Source: Laetmonice hystrix
Taxonomy: Eukaryota
Assembly: GCA_965235115.1 (NCBI GenBank)
Contig: OZ249439.1
Location: forward strand, 14,570,001 to 14,634,000
Direction: 5' to 3'
Length of the DNA stretch: 64,000 bases
Made by a program: the position numbers and the translations under genes. Positions 63,124 through 64,000 of this stretch are shown here, one piece after another. Numbering within the stretch: the first letter of the stretch is position 1; each line of letters begins with the position of its first letter. Under the pieces are notes generated by a model that searched no databases, was not told the DNA's origin, and saw only the letters and a list, made by a program, of their open reading frames with translations.

Positions 63124-63776
63124 GAGAGACACTACATGTAAGTGGTGATCGAATCGTAGCCTGTTTGGGGGTGGTATTTTAACCGTTGTACGTGGCTCAC
63201 AGACTGTGGAGAGACACTACATGTAAGTGGTGATCGAATCGTAGCCTGTTTGGGGGTGGTATTTTAGCCGCTATGGCTCACAGAGTGTGGAGAGACACTA
63301 CATGTAAGTGGTGATCGAATCGTAGCATGTTTGGGGGTGGTATTTTAACCGTTGTGGCTCACAGACTGTGGAGAGACACTACATGTAAGTGGTGATCGAA
63401 TCGTAGCATGTTTGGGGGTGGTATTTTAGCCGTTGTGGCTCACAGAGTGTGGAGAGACACTACATGTAAGTGGTGATCGAATCGTAGCATGTTTGGGGGT
63501 GGTATTTTAGCCGTTGTGGCTCACAGAGTGTGGAGAGACACTACATGTAAGTGGTGATCGAATCGTAGCATGTTTGGGGGTGGTATTTTAACCGTTGTGG
63601 CTCACAGACTGTGGAGAGACACTACATGTAAGTGGTGATCGAATCGTAGCATGTTTGGGGGTGGTACTTTAGCCGTTGTGGCTCACAGACTGTGGAGAGA
63701 CACTACATGTAAGTGGTGATCGAATCGTAGCATGTTTGGGGGTGGTATTTTAGCCGTTGTGGCTCACAGACTGTGG
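63124..63776. repeat. 81-bp minisatellite, 8 units
   Basis: Unit gagagacactacatgtaagtggtgatcgaatcgtagcatgtttgggggtggtattttagccgttgtggctcacagactgtg. Confidence 0.97.
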
Positions 63777-64000
63777 TCGCGACAGCGACACTGGTAGATA
63801 AACAAGCTAGCCACATCTTCACTTCCGCTATTGGGCTGACTCGCCAGGTCGCCAATGAGGACATGTTCCGGCAGCCCACCACCACCACCACCACTAACCG
63901 CCGAGACGTCAGACCGAGTCCGTCTCACGTCCCGGATCAAGTACATCGTTCCGATAAGATTGAATGCTATTTGCTGAAAGTAGGGCATCGGCTCCCTCCA

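Noticed and set aside
59772-64000. Exon 4 of the alpha-like gene (expected YSMDCYFRQxW-type motif)
   Set aside because: It was not found in any + frame; the acceptor near 61869 leads to no receptor-like sequence. It presumably lies beyond the window.

Overview
This is AT-moderate animal (bilaterian invertebrate-type) genomic DNA with spliceosomal introns, not prokaryotic sequence. It holds the 5' ends of two Cys-loop GABA-A-type receptor subunit genes arranged head-to-head, with start codons 2.8 kb apart. The first is a beta/LCCH3-like gene on the minus strand (coding exons 3751-3696, 3461-3367, 621-554), which continues off the left edge. The second is an alpha/gamma-like (GRD/8916-clade) gene on the plus strand (coding exons 6570-6679, 8293-8405, 59704-59771); no exon 4 was found, so it presumably lies beyond 64000. 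About 80% of the window is one 51.3-kb intron (8406-59703). That intron and the next carry eight unrelated minisatellite arrays (about 8.5 kb in total), two MITEs, decayed TE-like fragments, CTCF-like motifs and a 355-nt assembly gap; two more MITEs lie on the beta-gene side. The long ORFs in the ORF track are repeat or gap artefacts. I found no CRISPR array, tRNA, rRNA or intact transposase. The most interesting candidates are the divergent subunit pair, a 36-bp array carrying about 28 near-CTCF cores, a hammerhead-like half core, inverted G-rich/C-rich elements flanking exons 2-3, and cryptic splice/polyA features in the giant intron. All functional ideas are hypotheses; no database search or folding computation was run.
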